DNA from: Takakia lepidozioides
Taxonomy: Eukaryota > Plantae > Bryophyta
Direction: 5' to 3'
DNA length: 64,000 bases
Assembly: GCA_030704615.1 (NCBI GenBank)
Contig: CM060733.1
Span: forward strand, 27,342,001 to 27,406,000
In this document: in pieces, positions 35,981-50,000 of the stretch
Layout: every line of letters begins with the position of its first letter
Position numbering within the stretch: the stretch's first letter is position 1
The notes under the pieces: model-generated
Seen by the model: the letters and a program-made list of their open reading frames with translations, nothing else
What the model was told of the DNA's origin: nothing
Databases searched by the model: none
Translations under genes and position numbers: made by a program

Positions 35981-36618
35981 GTGTGATTTCTCTGGCATCT
36001 CAAGAATATTTTTCATATTTTTTCATGTTTGTGAGCATCCTGCACGCTACCCAACTTCTCTTCAGGATCAGAATTTTGCACTGCAAATGCATATCTCAAT
36101 ATGAAATTGTACTAGTTGTTAGGGGAGAGAGTTTCGCTCTGCAAAAATATATATGGGTATGGCCTTGAAAAATGACATATTCATCATTTCAGCTATAATG
36201 TGATTTCTTCTCAGGCTGGTTGGTACAGAGTTTCGCCGCGCGAAATTATCCATGGGTGATGATCTTAAATTTAAGGTTTGGCTTCACTGCCCACTCTCAT
36301 GCTTGTTATAAAAGGCCTGATATCGTGTGAGCATAACGTGAGAAAAAACCACGCTTATAGGGTAATATGTTCATCAGGTATAGGGGCTACTTGTTCTTTA
36401 TGGGTTAGTTTCGCAAAATTGTTAGTTTCGCCAATTCCGTTTCGCTGTGAAAATTTTGCAAAAATTTCGTGGAAATTTGGAGAATATGCCCTTGTGCTCA
36501 CGTGAGCATGCTCACGCGCTACCTAACATCCCTCAAAAGCTATTGAATCTGACTATTTCATCACGATGGACATCAATGTAGTTACTATATATGCTTGAAT
36601 GCATTTGCCAGTTGTAAC

Positions 36619-37711
36619 GAGTGTTGGGAGGTTCTTTGATTTAGCTACAAACCCCAGGAGGACTGAGGTTATCGAGAAGGATGTGTGGATATATAATGAA
36701 AAAAACACGGAACTGGCAAAGGCTCATAACCGCTGGTACTTAGTTGTGAAATAACAAGCCTGAAAATCGGTAAAGATCCGCCAAAGACCTACCAGTTATT
36801 TGATGAAAACCTCCGGATCTTTGAGGTTCTTACCAGTGTTGGGTGGTTCTCTGGTTTTGGGTGAAAGAACCACCGTTTCCTGACCTGGGTATATGCCCCC
36901 CTTAACCTCGGGTATTAAAATTTCAAATACCCTAGTCAAGATTGAACCGGCGGATACCAGAATCTATTTACCCGTGAACTTCACCGAACCGGAGGGTAAG
37001 GGACCTTAACCATAAGAACCTGACCTACGAGTTGGAATGAGAGGGGAGGGTAAGGGTAGCTGCACCCGACACATACCCTGGGTATAAGGGCGGTTATCTA
37101 GGGTTAGCGTGGAAGCCTTGAGAAAGAAGAAGGGTAGTGAAAATGCTAGAACTGAATGCCAACAGGCCAACAGTGCAATCTAGAGGAAGTTTAGTATTAG
37201 TTGTGCTAGAAAATGAGCTTAGTTATTGACAATTGTGGCCATCTCATACATGCCCATTTATTTATTTATTTTGTCCATAATATCTTTTGAACTCAGAACC
37301 AGGACTTGGAACCAGGTCATCTCTCGGTTCTCTATACGGTTCTCTACCCATATACTCGAGCACCGGATTTGGCAGATAATTGCATTAAAGAACCGGTATA
37401 AATACATACCTGTGAAAATGTAACTCAGAGTTATACCTTGCACCGCAGGTTCTCTAACTGTCCATATTTTTAAGTACCGGGCCCCAGAGGTTCTCTATTT
37501 ACTTTCCACAAGATAGAACCTACCCTGCAGGTTCTACCCCAAACCAGAGAACCGCCCAACACTGGTTTTTACAATAAACCGGAACTGAACTGATGGTTCT
37601 TTCTATAAAAAAATATATGAAGAAACCAAAACCGGAGATCCTTCGATTCTAAGGTTTTGTAAAAACCAAAACTAGAGGTTCTGAAAAAAATCAGATAACT
37701 GCCCAACATTG
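36619..37711. mobile_element. Older non-autonomous hAT element (outer)
   Basis: GAGTGTTGGGAGGTT ... AACTGCCCAACATTG; TSD GTTGTAAC/ATTGTAAC. Confidence 0.75.
36834..37564. mobile_element. Non-autonomous hAT element nested in the previous one
   Basis: CAGTGTTGGGTGGTTCT ... AGAACCGCCCAACACTG; TSD GTTCTTAC/GTTTTTAC. Confidence 0.85.
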
Positions 37712-37876
37712 ATTGTAACATGTTCTCGAAAAAACTAACTAGTACATCACATATGATCTGCTTCACCGCATGATTCAAGGGACTGCCTAGTCCCTTATAT
37801 GCAGTGCTATAGACACCGGACAATCCTTTACCCAGTTCTCCTAGTCATTGTGAATGGCTACAAGGCCTGTGCATGT

Positions 37877-38742
37877 GGGGGGGGGGTTGGTATCGCATGA
37901 GCACAACCCACAATCATGGGAGTTTTATGTTTTTAACCTCGGTCATAGGAGTTATATGTTTCCTAAACGGAAAAAACCATAAGCGGGTATAGAGGATTGG
38001 TGCATATATACGGTACATTTGCACCAATTCAGTGAGGCGAAAACTTCACCAGTGTAGCTAAAAACCCTAAACTTATAGCGGTAGCGACGAGTTTCGCATT
38101 GAGAAAGACTTGGTGATATGGGCACAAACCTATGCAGCGGGTTTCGCATTGAGAAACCCTTACTGGTATTTGGTGATATGGCCACAAACATGTGCAGTGG
38201 TGGGTTTCGCATTGAGAAACCCTTAACTGGTATTTGAGAAAGACTTGGTGATATGGGCACAACCTATGCACCAGTGGGTTTCGCATCGAGAAACGAAGTA
38301 CTTGGTGATATGGGCACAAACCTATGTAACGATGGGTTTCGCATTGAGAAACCCTTACTAGTATAGCTTGAGTCGAAACTTTTTATACGAAATCCCATCA
38401 CCCAACAATCCCACATCCAATTCAGGCTAGTTGGTACAAAGTTTCGCCGTGCGAAGTTATCTTTCACTGTGATTTCTTCTCAGGCTATTTGGTAGAGAGT
38501 TTCCTTGTGAGAAACTAGCTATGGGTGAGGACCTACAATTTGAGGTGAAGTCTCACCGCACACTCTAGCGCCCGTTATGGAAAAAAAGCCACACCTACAG
38601 GGTAATATGTTCATCAGGTATAGGGGCTACTTGTTCTTTATGTGTTAGTTTTGCATAATGTTTAGTTTCGCCAAGTTCGTATCGCTGTGGAAATTTCGCA
38701 GAAATTTCATGGATATTCAGGGAATATGCCCTTGTGTTCACC
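37877..38742 (+). mobile_element. Short deletion derivative of the GGG-terminal DNA transposon family
   Basis: Left part matches 3501-3640 and right part (38469-38740) matches 36200-36500. Internal repeats of GTTTCGCATTGAGAAAC and ACTTGGTGATATGGGCACAAACC. Confidence 0.7.
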
Positions 38743-39754
38743 AGGTTGGGTGGTTGGCAAGAGGTTGGGAACACGGGGATGTCATTGGAACTCCGGAATT
38801 CCCTCGAGGAACACATACATTCTCTGAAATGTGGCGCCTACTTCTTGCTATAATTTTTGCAGTTTATCATCAGTTTGGATGTTGAAGGCCTTGCTGTTTT
38901 CGTTGATATTCATCTGTGCTTTGCAATAATGTGAAAGATCCACCGGGCAATTGTCTTGCAGGAAGGTAACTACATGACCTTCAACCATCTATTGTGTCAA
39001 GATCTATCAGACTTGTCAGAACGACATCTTATTTCCCTCCATATTGGAACAAGTATTGCCACATCTATTAAATGCCATTTATGAAGATAATTATTACTCA
39101 AGTCTGTTGCTCCAGGTCCACCACATCTATCTGTAATGGATCAGGAATTGTGTATGACTTACCGCGCTCTCCATGCAACATCTGTTTACATGCACTTGAA
39201 AAAAGATATACATGCCTTTGTTTGAGATGTTTGAAAGCCAAACAGCACTTGACACCGCAAGGAATATGTAAAGAGTTTCCCAAGGCCAGTGAAATAGAGC
39301 CACACTTGGTGATGAGCACCCATAATGTGACACCTTCATCTGTACTCAACGAGGAGAAGCATTCCTAGGGTGCAAACAACAGCCATCAAACACAGGAAAC
39401 CAGGACAAGAATAGTTAACCCAACTTTCACAACCTCCTGCTTAGAGAAAAATAGCATCATTGAATGACAAGCCACAGCAACAAACCCTGTGCCCAGTACA
39501 TATAGAGCAAGACCAAAAACTCAGAAGATACTCTAGCTTCTAATCTCAGATTGCTGCACCAGCTAGAAGCAGTCACCTGCACATTAGGTGTACCCACATG
39601 GACTCCGTACAACACATAAAGAGAAACATGTTCAAACTACAGTGTAATCAAGAGTTTCAGAATGATATCAGAATACGTTACCACAGCAGAAGTCAAGCAT
39701 CTAATGAGTCTGAAGTGCCATGCACAGTTTCACTCTCCCGTTTAGGCGAAAATT

Positions 39755-41173
39755 TTAAACAAATGTGTTCGGCCTGCTGGCCTTGAACGTAGTCTTCAAG
39801 TTCCTGCTGGGTGGTCTGATCTTCCGATGAGTCAATGGAAACTTGATTTTGGAGTCATGAAATTGCTTGGTATTTTCGCGCTTGCATAAAGAAACAGGGA
39901 TGGTTGCTGTCTTGATGATCTGAATGCAAGGGGAGCGCACACGGTGGCGAGAGGCCATTTCATCATACATTTGCTCTACTGCTCCATTCAGAGTGGTGTC
40001 GCGGTACTCCTTGTACATATTGTGGTAGCCTGTTCGGCTCTGGTACCTCACCCAAATGCCAAAGTTCTGGATTGTGGTGGGATACTTCTCAAAGATCTGT
40101 CGAAATTGGCAACAGAAAGATGTCAGCAAAGTGTAGTCTGTCCACAAATTCAAGTACTTACAATCTCCTGTCTGTTCAAGGCCTGCGTACCCTCTTCCTC
40201 GTGTAAACATTCTCTCAGTCTTCAGTGACTACAACAAAGCAGGCATCTCGCATGTACTCCCCCCTTCCCCTTCTCACCCCCAGGAAGTCCACTTTTTACA
40301 TAAGACTGCAAACTGAAAACAGTAACGTAATGGCTCAATTAGAATGCACAATGCTGGCCACCTTACCTCATTGATGGCAAGAATCTGCCCGTGTGACCTC
40401 TTCACCTTCTTCAACTTCCTGAGGAAGTACCTACACAACAAATGCCAACATCGTGCAAATCAAGTTCTTGCAGCCCACTGGTCCAGTCCTCTGCCACTTT
40501 GAGTTCATTGGAGCTATACCAGTACTACCAAATTCACTGTGAGCTTCATACCCAACCATCAACGATGTCAACGGTGAAAGACTGCCGGAGTTGGTGCAAA
40601 TTGTCGACTTTCCAAAGCATGAAGCTACAACCAGGGATTACCCTTCACACGTGCAGTCCACGTAATTTCCTCCGGCCCAAAAGCATGACCGATCCGTTTG
40701 TGAATGCAGATCACAGATATAAAACATGAGAGTGATTTAAGTTTGGTTTCCTAACGACTTTAACGATGCAAGCACCAAAACAGGGACAAGGTTCTTAATT
40801 GTACATAGGCAGAAGGTTTGTGAGTTAGGTCATACCAAAACTTGGACTTTGCCCGCACTTCGTTGGTCGCCCACAGCTTCATGCGGTACGCCTTCGGCTG
40901 CTCATCGGTGGGGGTAGGCAGCGCCCGCCCCACCACCTGGTACTGGTGAAACTGCTCCCATCAAACACCTCATTAACTCATACCACACCATATCGGAAGC
41001 AGACCAACAGTGACAGCGAGACTAAATATGCAACAAAGAGAACATATCAAAAGCAAAGAAACCAACATCGCCCAACAGACACCCATCGTTGCAGAAGCAG
41101 TTTCCACGCGAACACTTGTTGGTGTGGCACAGGCATGTGGTAAGACAGGACAAGAACGTACCCGAAAACTCAT
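39755..41173 (-). CDS. RPL18A: 60S ribosomal protein L18a (eL20)
   Basis: Exons 41173-41162, 40951-40836, 40430-40367 and 40096-39755 give 177 aa: [16 protein letters not shown]...[16 protein letters not shown]...[23 protein letters not shown]...RPNTFV*. Confidence 0.97.
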
Positions 41174-41258
41174 GGCTCCTGCCTGCTCTCTCTCTCGGAT
41201 CAGAGCAAGAGCGTGGAAGGGGCTGCAGCAAGCAACTCGTTCCGGCCTCCAATTAGGG

Positions 41259-41347
41259 CTAGGGTTTCATTCCCTCGTACATCGACCAGGATGAATGTTT
41301 CACGAATATGAAGCAATGAAGAACTTATTGTATAGTTGTTAGGGTTT
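41259..41347 (-). promoter_or_regulatory. Telo-box motifs upstream of RPL18a
   Basis: Two AAACCCTA motifs on the minus strand (~41260-41267, ~41340-41347), typical of plant ribosomal protein promoters. Confidence 0.55.
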
Positions 41348-43098
41348 GAGGTGGCAGACGTCAGGTGGGGGTGTAGAGGACCCACGTTTGAGCCGCCGCC
41401 ACCGACGTCAGAGTCGGTGGAGGTGATGGGAAAAGTTGATGCCTTTGTCTGATCTTTTGGTGCGCTTCTTCTGAACGGGGGCTGATCTTTACATTGCTTC
41501 ATGCACTCACATGAGCTGTTTCATTGTTGCTATCTCCCGCCGAATCAAGTACACAAACATATGTATATATATATATATGTAGAGCTCCGTTGTTTATGAC
41601 TATGTTCATTGAAGACAAGTTTGTAGAGGCAATTTCACCGTTCGTCTTTGATCTGCAAAGGCTACTGAGAGGCTACTATCTGAATATAGTCTGGACATGT
41701 GTACATGAATAAGGTTGACTGGGGATCTACAGCCCGAGCTTTCGGCGAAATTGTACTACGATCTTACGATTTTTTTTATTTCAAAATGCGCACATTGAGG
41801 TCAGCAATCTGGAGAGTATTGAAACGATGGTACAAGCAGTCAAGCGCATTTTCAAACCCCTTAACTTTCAGGAACAGATGTCACCCTCACAATGCTCACA
41901 ACCATACTTTTAAAGGCTTGATCAATATTCCGGATTCCAAAATTTTCCAGGGCCACGGATCAAAGAAGTGTATAGATCTTAAAGATTTATCTCCATCAGC
42001 TTCATATATTACTGCGGATTACGCATGAGATGTACACTGCTCGTCTCTTCATGTAGCTATAGTGATTCGTTCCTTATAGCTTTTAAACTCCAAGCCAGGT
42101 TGATGCAGTAACCTCGGCAGCACTCCTGGAGTGTGACTTCAGATGGTCTTTATATCTACTACAAGTAAATATTGGTTACTGGTTTCCAGTGCTTCTGTGT
42201 AGAAAAATTAGTTTGCTCAAGTGTTATGTTGCAATCTTCAGGTTTATAACATACGATCTTCTTCTAAAATTACTGTATAACGCCCGAGTAACGCCCTGGA
42301 GACCTATTGCTCAGCTTGTGCTGACGAGTTCATCTTCAAGCTGCAACTATCATGATGGCTTTCAAATAAGTAGGCCCTGAGGACCTGCAAGCACCTGGAA
42401 CACACCGCCTGACAATCCTCTCCGACCGCCCAGCATACCTTATATCTTTGATGTCACATCATGGATCTGACCTCCGATCAAGATTCTGCATTCTGCCTAG
42501 GTCGCACAGGTTCTAATTCTATCAAGTTCCTTTCTTTCTTCTTAACCCAATGGCCTGGAAAAGGTGATTCGCCTAAAAGTTTACTTCTTGACAATTCTAG
42601 AGAGCACGAAGAAGATTCGTAAGGGAAGACAAGTTGCACGGTCACATCTTGAAGCTGAATGGACGCACGAAGTCATCGAACTGTCTGCGAAAGCCGATAT
42701 TCTTATCAAAACCCGACTTCAGAGAATAAAGTGTGCATCCCCATGTTTTTGCTGACTTTCGATGGGTCCAAGGGCCACTTGAAGCGTTGCCTGCTTCACA
42801 TCGGAAACGAAGACGATCAAAATATAGTACATACATGTATGTTCGTTACAAGGCTGATCGAGTTCCGGCACTGCCACTCCCGGAGGAAAATTCTGTTTGG
42901 AAGTATGATATGAGGATCAGCTTCCCCTTATGCCAAACTTAATCATGATATATTCACAGCGAGATGGTGCACGAGCTTTTACCTCTGAAATATGGAAAAT
43001 GTCATTGACGGTCTCTGGTGTTCGAAATTTATGTACGGTATGTCGTCCCTACAATTGGACTCATAAGAATCTTCTGATGCCGCGAGTGTACAGAAAGT

Positions 43099-44331
43099 CT
43101 ATACACGCTTCTCTGTGGAGCCCTGGTCGAACCATGAATCTATCTGACTGTATGACTGCAGGTCTAGTAATTCCTCAGGTACGGTACCTTTCAGCTGCAT
43201 TCCTTGACGTGGTCTGTTTTGGGGTTCGGAGGTTCCCTCATCTAATCTAGTGGGATCCGCCTTGGCGGCAGATGTGTACCCGGTATCTCGCGATCTGTCA
43301 CTCCCAATTGCATCCCACAACAAGGGAATGTCACGAGAAGCAGATTTTGAAGTACTTGTATCTGGTAGTGATCTATTAAGAGCATATAATGACATCAATT
43401 GAGACGGATAGATTCCCAAATATGGAGCTGTACTGCTGTGGCCCAGTTCCATATCTTTCTGGAAAGGGAGAGAGCATGGCAACACTTCAAGACCAGATGA
43501 ATGAGATGAGATGAAAGGGAAGGGAGAAACTCTATTGCTTTGTTGCACTTGGTCCCTGAACTCGAGAGATGTGGGGACTGCATTCACGGCTAGTAAACCA
43601 TGTGTATCTTCCATGGGTACAGCGCGCTTCGGCTGCGGTCGCACTACATGCGCCCCGGTGGCTAAACCTGGCCCAGGAATGCCTGTGAGCTTCTGCACCA
43701 TCTCCCGAAACTCAGTACTGCTTGCCTCCAAAATCGTAGTAGGCACACGCCGAGACGCTCGCGACCGCCGCTTCGTCACTCTGGTGGTGGCACCGCCCAC
43801 TGATTCTGTTGCGTTGGTCCGCTGATACCTATTGTATGGCACTGTGGGCGTGTCCACAGACTCAGCCTTGCAACGGTCAGGCACCATAGAAACTGCCTTA
43901 CTTAACGCAGACTCAGCTGTACTAGGGGAAGAGGCGTTGCTCCCATGAATTTGGATGTCCTTGCCTGCAAGGTAGCCAGCACGAGTGGCCGTCACCGCGC
44001 TTGCCCATGTGTGACCAGTGCTCGAGCAGACCTTAGTGCTCTGGGGCTTGGAGTACGTGAGAGAGCTTCCCCCTAGGGATTCTGAGATGAGATGAGAAGT
44101 GGACGAGCCCGTGACATACTTGGATCGTAATTCTCGCTCCAGCTGGGCTGCTTCGGACTCAACCTGTGTACTACTAGGATGTGGCGAAAAATCCTTTTCT
44201 GACCCTTTCACCTTGCCTGATCCATGGTCATACTTCCACTGAGCATTTCCCTCCCACCTTTCCATTACGTCCTCCCTTGTAGCCTGCACTTCTCTCGCAC
44301 TTCTGGGTGATGATGCCACCCCACCGGACAC
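43099..44331 (-). CDS. VQ-motif-containing protein
   Basis: KRRSRASRRVPTTILEASSTEFREMVQKLTG contains FxxMVQxLTG. Single long ORF; the true start is uncertain. Confidence 0.88.
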   Translation of the reverse strand: MSGGVASSPRSAREVQATREDVMERWEGNAQWKYDHGSGKVKGSEKDFSPHPSSTQVESEAAQLERELRSKYVTGSSTSHLISESLGGSSLTYSKPQSTKVCSSTGHTWASAVTATRAGYLAGKDIQIHGSNASSPSTAESALSKAVSMVPDRCKAESVDTPTVPYNRYQRTNATESVGGATTRVTKRRSRASRRVPTTILEASSTEFREMVQKLTGIPGPGLATGAHVVRPQPKRAVPMEDTHGLLAVNAVPTSLEFRDQVQQSNRVSPFPFISSHSSGLEVLPCSLPFQKDMELGHSSTAPYLGIYPSQLMSLYALNRSLPDTSTSKSASRDIPLLWDAIGSDRSRDTGYTSAAKADPTRLDEGTSEPQNRPRQGMQLKGTVPEELLDLQSYSQIDSWFDQGSTEKRV

Positions 44332-47066
44332 TTTTCCTGTCCACCTCGTCAGCTCGGGGCATTATATCTGCCTGTCTACAACATGATCTCCCTCTGTCCT
44401 CCTCTTTCCAGATCCTTGAACCGATCAGCACCCTTGTCAAACTTACCTTGAAGATGGGTTAACGAGATATAGCAACGAGTTGTAATCTGCAAACGGAGGA
44501 AGACATGTAGTATACCTATTGAGACATGGCCAGCCAGAAATGTGCACCTTGAATCACAGACTGGCTACATACATATCCAGAGGAGAAGTTTTGCGTGTCC
44601 AGTCTCCAAGGACTCGAGAGAGAGCTCGGGAAGCACGCGGTTTTTCTGGGAAGAAAGCTCCTAGTTTGACTGGCACCCTTACCCCGAGTTGAATTCGTAT
44701 TTTTTAAATCTAGTATTGGCATGCCGTAGTATATGGTAATAAGTTAACGAATACAGACATTGTTTTGCGTGCCCACAATTCAATTGAACTGCCAAAAAAT
44801 AAAATCAAGCAAAGCGGGGTGGACGTCAAATAGGACTGTCTGAAGGAGGGTGGTTATTGCATGCGGGCTCCACATGGCTATTGCATACCTCTGGAAGTGG
44901 CAATTAGATGGATGGTGTTAAGAAGATTTTTTCCCCTTTTGGAAAGAAATTGAATTGCAAAGACAATTCAACTGATTTGCATTTTTGGTATGTGACGAAT
45001 TGAATTGCTGCCTCTTTGGTATTCCCTAACCTACGAGGGTCCGAGCCCGGCTATCATGGGACACAACAAGCCTTCCTAAAGTCAAAAGGTGGCGGGCCCT
45101 AATAAGCAATGACAAGTAGGATGCAGGTGCCAGAACTGGGTGCTTATTTCTCTTTGAGGAGAGGCTCATCATACTTGATTCTACAGCTTAATCTGCTCTG
45201 GATGATGCATGCAGAGGCGTCGGCAATATGCCTGTAAGCAAAGCTTTCCATCAATGGATACAACAATGTAGTTAGATAGTGATCTGAAGCTGGGATGGAT
45301 GCTCTATGGAATGGGCCAGGATTATAGCAGAGGGGAAACCCAGATGAAGATCAGGCACAATGCTGGCCAAAAAATCAGAGTTGATATTGAAGAGAGAAGA
45401 TGGACAGCAGCAGCAGCGTGAAGGAGGGAGGGACAGAGCAGAACACCAGTCGGATGGGAACACGACAGCGGCAGCCGAAGCTTCTGTGACGTAGAAGGCG
45501 AAATGGCGTAGCGGACGTAATACGAGTGGGGGACCCCCCACTGTCAGGGTCCGCCATGGCTGCAAAGATCTTCTCAATGCCCCGAGGTGAAAGCTCAGTG
45601 GTGTTGAAGAAGGTCGGCAAGAAAGTCTGCAGGAACGCGCGAAAGAAATGCGAGGTTTGTTTGAACCATCCAACTTCGTCGATCTTCTTCTCCAAGTCAT
45701 CCCCTACAGTAGCAATTCTGCTAACATTCCGACCCCTTTTCCTGCCATCAAGTCAGCACTTGTTTTGTATGGAGGATGGAGGTATGTAGCATCATTCTGC
45801 TGTAAGATTCAAGTGCTACGCAGTTACATCATCTGTGCTGCTGCTGCCTTGACCCGTGTGTCTTTGCTGACCTCGCCTCGTCACAGGCTTCCACTTTGAA
45901 TTTCGAAGACGAATCGCACAAAAAAGCCGTTGAGACAAATTCTCCAATTCACTCAAGGAAGAAAGAATCTGGAGTGTAACGTTCTGTTTTTGGATTTCTC
46001 TGTTCTTCGGAGGCAATTTGATTGGGCAGATGGAGTAAAGACGTAGGTATACGAAATTTGTAATCAGACATTGGACTGTAATATAAGGGATGGCTCGGAA
46101 GTGCTCTCGCGTCACGTCGTGCGGAGGGAGCGGGATCCTGTCGATTTGCCATAAGTTAGATACCTCACGTCAGTTAAGTAACGGGCAGCTTCACGACTTT
46201 CGAAACCACAGACAGTGGAGTTGGTGGTGGTCGCTCGTCATCCACCTCCTCATTATGATTGTGGGGTAGAAATTGAGACTTTGACTGAAACAAGCTGCTG
46301 GGTAGCTGCTGCTTCTCAAAAGTGTGAGGCTCTGGTCCCATCTAGGTACAAAAAGATCTGAAGCTGTACCTGCAGATTCCCCGGAAAGAGATGAACCTAA
46401 GCAACGTCTATCTCTTCACCCCCACCTCCTAAAAACCCACTCAGGAGTGCATCCTCTGCAGTTTGTCGAAGGAATGCTCTTCACAAACAGTTTTCAGAAA
46501 AACTATGCTTGATACAATGCAATTGGATTTACTACAGGGTCCAATGTCAGCGGAACTGGTTCCTTATAGTGCTGTGTATCCAAGTTCATGAAGAAATTTG
46601 GGGATGAAAACTTGACTCTACACCTGAAAAAAGTTTAACTGTTGTATGTGGGACCAGATATTGTAAGCAAACTTGATCTCCTGGCTGCAGAGGTGAAAAC
46701 TCCTCAACCATCTGCCTCGGGAATCTCAGAATGTGAGTTAAAATGCTCCAAGAAGAGAGAGAGATACTGCACTAGGGTACATAAGGAAGACTGCTGCACT
46801 TTCCCAGTTAGACTGTTCTTCCTTTCAGGAAGGTCATCCTTTTCCTCTTTAGTTGAGTGGCTCCCTATTTTCCTTGAAAAAAATTCCTGGAAATTTAAGG
46901 GTTCTGATTCCGAATGACCGTCTTGGCATATCAAATAATTACTCGACAGCGATTACCCTTTGGCCAACAAATCTTGTAAAATGGTGTACATAGAGCAGAG
47001 GACTCTGTAAGTACTCTAAATTGTGCAGAGGCACTATCTTTGTTACTTTAATGCAGAGGTGGCGAC

Positions 47067-50000
47067 TCAGCCATTGAAAGGAAGTGTTTGATAGCCTTCA
47101 CGCTGCTCACTACCTCCTTGCAACTGCCTGGCGTCTGCTGCAGTTGCCCGGTTGAACCACCGGCTCAGCTGTTTCTCCATTGCACTCACCACTGTGCGCC
47201 TCTCTCCCACCCCATACTTGGCCCTGTCTACTGCCTCCTTGAAATCCTCTACTGCGACTGCTGACCGACCTGCATCCCCCAAGACTCTTCTCATCCCTCT
47301 TTAGATATAGACAGCAAACCGTAGCCATGCACTGTTACTGAGTTCAGGACATTTTCAACTTCTGAATCACTACCTCACACGTAGTCCCTGAACATCCACT
47401 TCAAGTTTGGAGAGAGGGTACCATCGTCTCACAATCCATAACTCTGATCAATACCATGCTGCTGTATACTAAAACCCCATATTGCCTGCCAATAAACTAT
47501 TTCCAATCCTTCAAGTCGACGTTACACCAAATTTGTAGTTGTACAGCCCTTGCGAAAACAACTCGCTGTTTCACGACTTGCTGCTCAGGTAGAGTTAAGA
47601 GGGTACGGATAGCAACACACCTTGCCTTGCAGCAAGGAGAGCGGCCTCATTCACAACATTTGCAAGATCAGCACCCACAAAGCCGGGGGTGAGAGAGGCC
47701 ACAATTGCACATAAGCTGGCTGCATCCTGCTCCACTGGCACAGAACGCATGTGCACTGCCAGCACCTGCTTCCGCCCCTCAAAATCCGGTGCACGCACAT
47801 TCACCCTACGGGATATGCGGCCAGGCCTACATAGTGCTGGGTCCAGCACCTCCGGCCGGTTGGTGGCCGCCAGCACCAGCACCCCTGTCTCCGAATCAAA
47901 TCCATCCATTTCGGTCAACAACTGCACCCCAAATGTTGCAAATCAGCCTCACCTTCACTAGAAACCACATACAGAAGACACGGATTCCTTCAACAAGGGA
48001 GGCTGGTGTTATGAGACATAAGACACCTCACCCTTGTCAGGGATCCATCCATGCCTATCACACCACACACAAGCCAAAAAAAATAGAAAACAACCTGATT
48101 CAGAGTTTGGTCCCGCTCATCATTAAAGCTCCTACCACGACGGCCACCCACAGCATCCAGCTCATCAATGAACACAATCGAGGGTTTGCTCTTCCTGGCC
48201 TCAGCAAACAGTTCGCGAATACGCGCTGCTCCCCTGTAACCCACCAGCCCTTGTAAGTACATATGTGGCACTACCTGGAAATGGTGCAGTCAGGCCAAAA
48301 CATGTGACAATGCCCATGCAAGTACCTGCCTACAAACATCTCCACAAACTCGCTCGCTGAGGCTGCGAAAAAAGGGACTCCAGCTTCTCCAGCCACCGCA
48401 CGTGCCAACAGTGTCTTTCCAGTACCAGGAGGGCCTACTAACAAGACCCCCTTAGGTAGCTTTGCACCCAAGCTTGCGAAGTTGGATGCTCCTCTCAGGC
48501 ATGCCACAATCTGCAGTGGTCCCCGCACATACATCATCATCATCACCATGGACACAACCTAAAATGAGATATGAACATGATCATCAGTATGCGTATTTTG
48601 TAAGCCTTGACCCACAGTATAAAAATCAGAAGGGGAAAGGCCCAAAGGAGCAGTCTGCAGTCAGCAAAAGTAGACGGTGAAATAGTTAACACTGACATTG
48701 TCTATGATAGACAATTGTCACAAATTCAATTCCATGCTAAGCTACTACATCTAATAGCAACGAGTCATCTGCTTTCTCTCACATTTCAGCACACACCTTG
48801 TCCCCTCTGCTTTTCGAGTAATTTGTTTTTAGAAATTAGGCAGTCTAGAGCTTCAGCCAGAATCCTTCCATTCAATTCCAGTCACAAGGACACTCTGCAT
48901 TGACATACCTCCATGAGTTCAGCCTTGGCAGTGTCAATTCCAGCGACATCATTGAACTTGACCACCTGGGAACTTAGTCGCCGCCTCTGTGCAGATGATT
49001 TGCTGCCAGCCATCTGGCGGTGCATGAGCCAAAGCAGTGGACTGAGTGGAATCCAGAGTGAAATAATAGTTAGCAGCAGAGTACGCACCGCAGCAGTCAC
49101 TGACTGTGGTGCAGAGCTGTAGTGCACACCTGTCTCTCTCATTAGACTGAGTAAATAGGTCTCGTCGTGCTTTATCCGCCGTGTCAAGTAGTGCCACTCA
49201 CTCCTCTTCACTGCCCTATGTGTGCTTGCCGCTCCTGACATATTGGCCTTATCGCCAACCCTTTGTCCCTGCCACGTTTCCATTTCTTCAGATGGGCTGG
49301 GACCTCCCACTCTGACACCCTTCACAGTCTCTAGTGAAACGGCAGCTACACCTCCATCTTCGACCACTGTGGGCAGCAAATTGAAATACAGTTTGCAAGT
49401 GTTCTCTTCGAAAAGGGCCGAGCTGACGGAGCCTTCATGGAGGTTGTTCACAAGCTGCGAGTAAGGCACTACAAGTGCTGGCGAGGTGGCGGTGAGGTGC
49501 AGGGAGATGGCAGCCACCCCGCATGTGCACACCACCAATGCCCCCAGCAGCAGCGGCCGCCACGGTAGTGCCCGCGGAGGTGCCCAGCACCGCCGGACAT
49601 AGCGCAGCAGTAGCCTCAGACGCCCACGCAGCCGCAACTTCCGTTGCACGCCCTTGCGCTCTCGGCTCTTGTCTGCTACCACTTGCTTACTACACTGCAC
49701 CCTACCCACCCTCCTCCTGCTTCTGTTGTCAAACATGTGACACTGTGAGCAACTGCCCCAAGTTTGCGTGCTTGAAGAATTACAGTGTGGCAGAGGTATC
49801 CTGATGATACCCCTCGTCTCTTCAACGACAACTCTACGAATCCGCAAGGCTTTTCTCCCTTTAAGGAACGTACACGTCTCTTCACAATGTAACTGAAAGA
49901 CGTTGGGTCTTCCTTCACCCAAAAACCAGCTCCTCTCTAATCCATATGCCATCGTTGACCTCCATTGCAGCTTATGGCGGCCAAGAAAAGATCCCACAGT

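Larger units (their letters stand above)
18660..36532 (+). mobile_element. Decayed DDE DNA transposon (DUF7869/Sola-like), interrupted by the 20164-32638 retroelement
   Basis: Transposase pseudogene, subterminal tandem array, and a right terminus (GTGCTCACGTGAGCATGCTCACG..TACCTAACATCCC) complementary to the family left end at 3501/37877. Left end missing. Superfamily assignment is tentative. Confidence 0.65.

Noticed and set aside
45272-45790. Possible protein-coding fragment (DDLEKKIDEVGWFKQ...)
   Set aside because: No recognisable family and an upstream in-frame stop; cannot be supported without a search.
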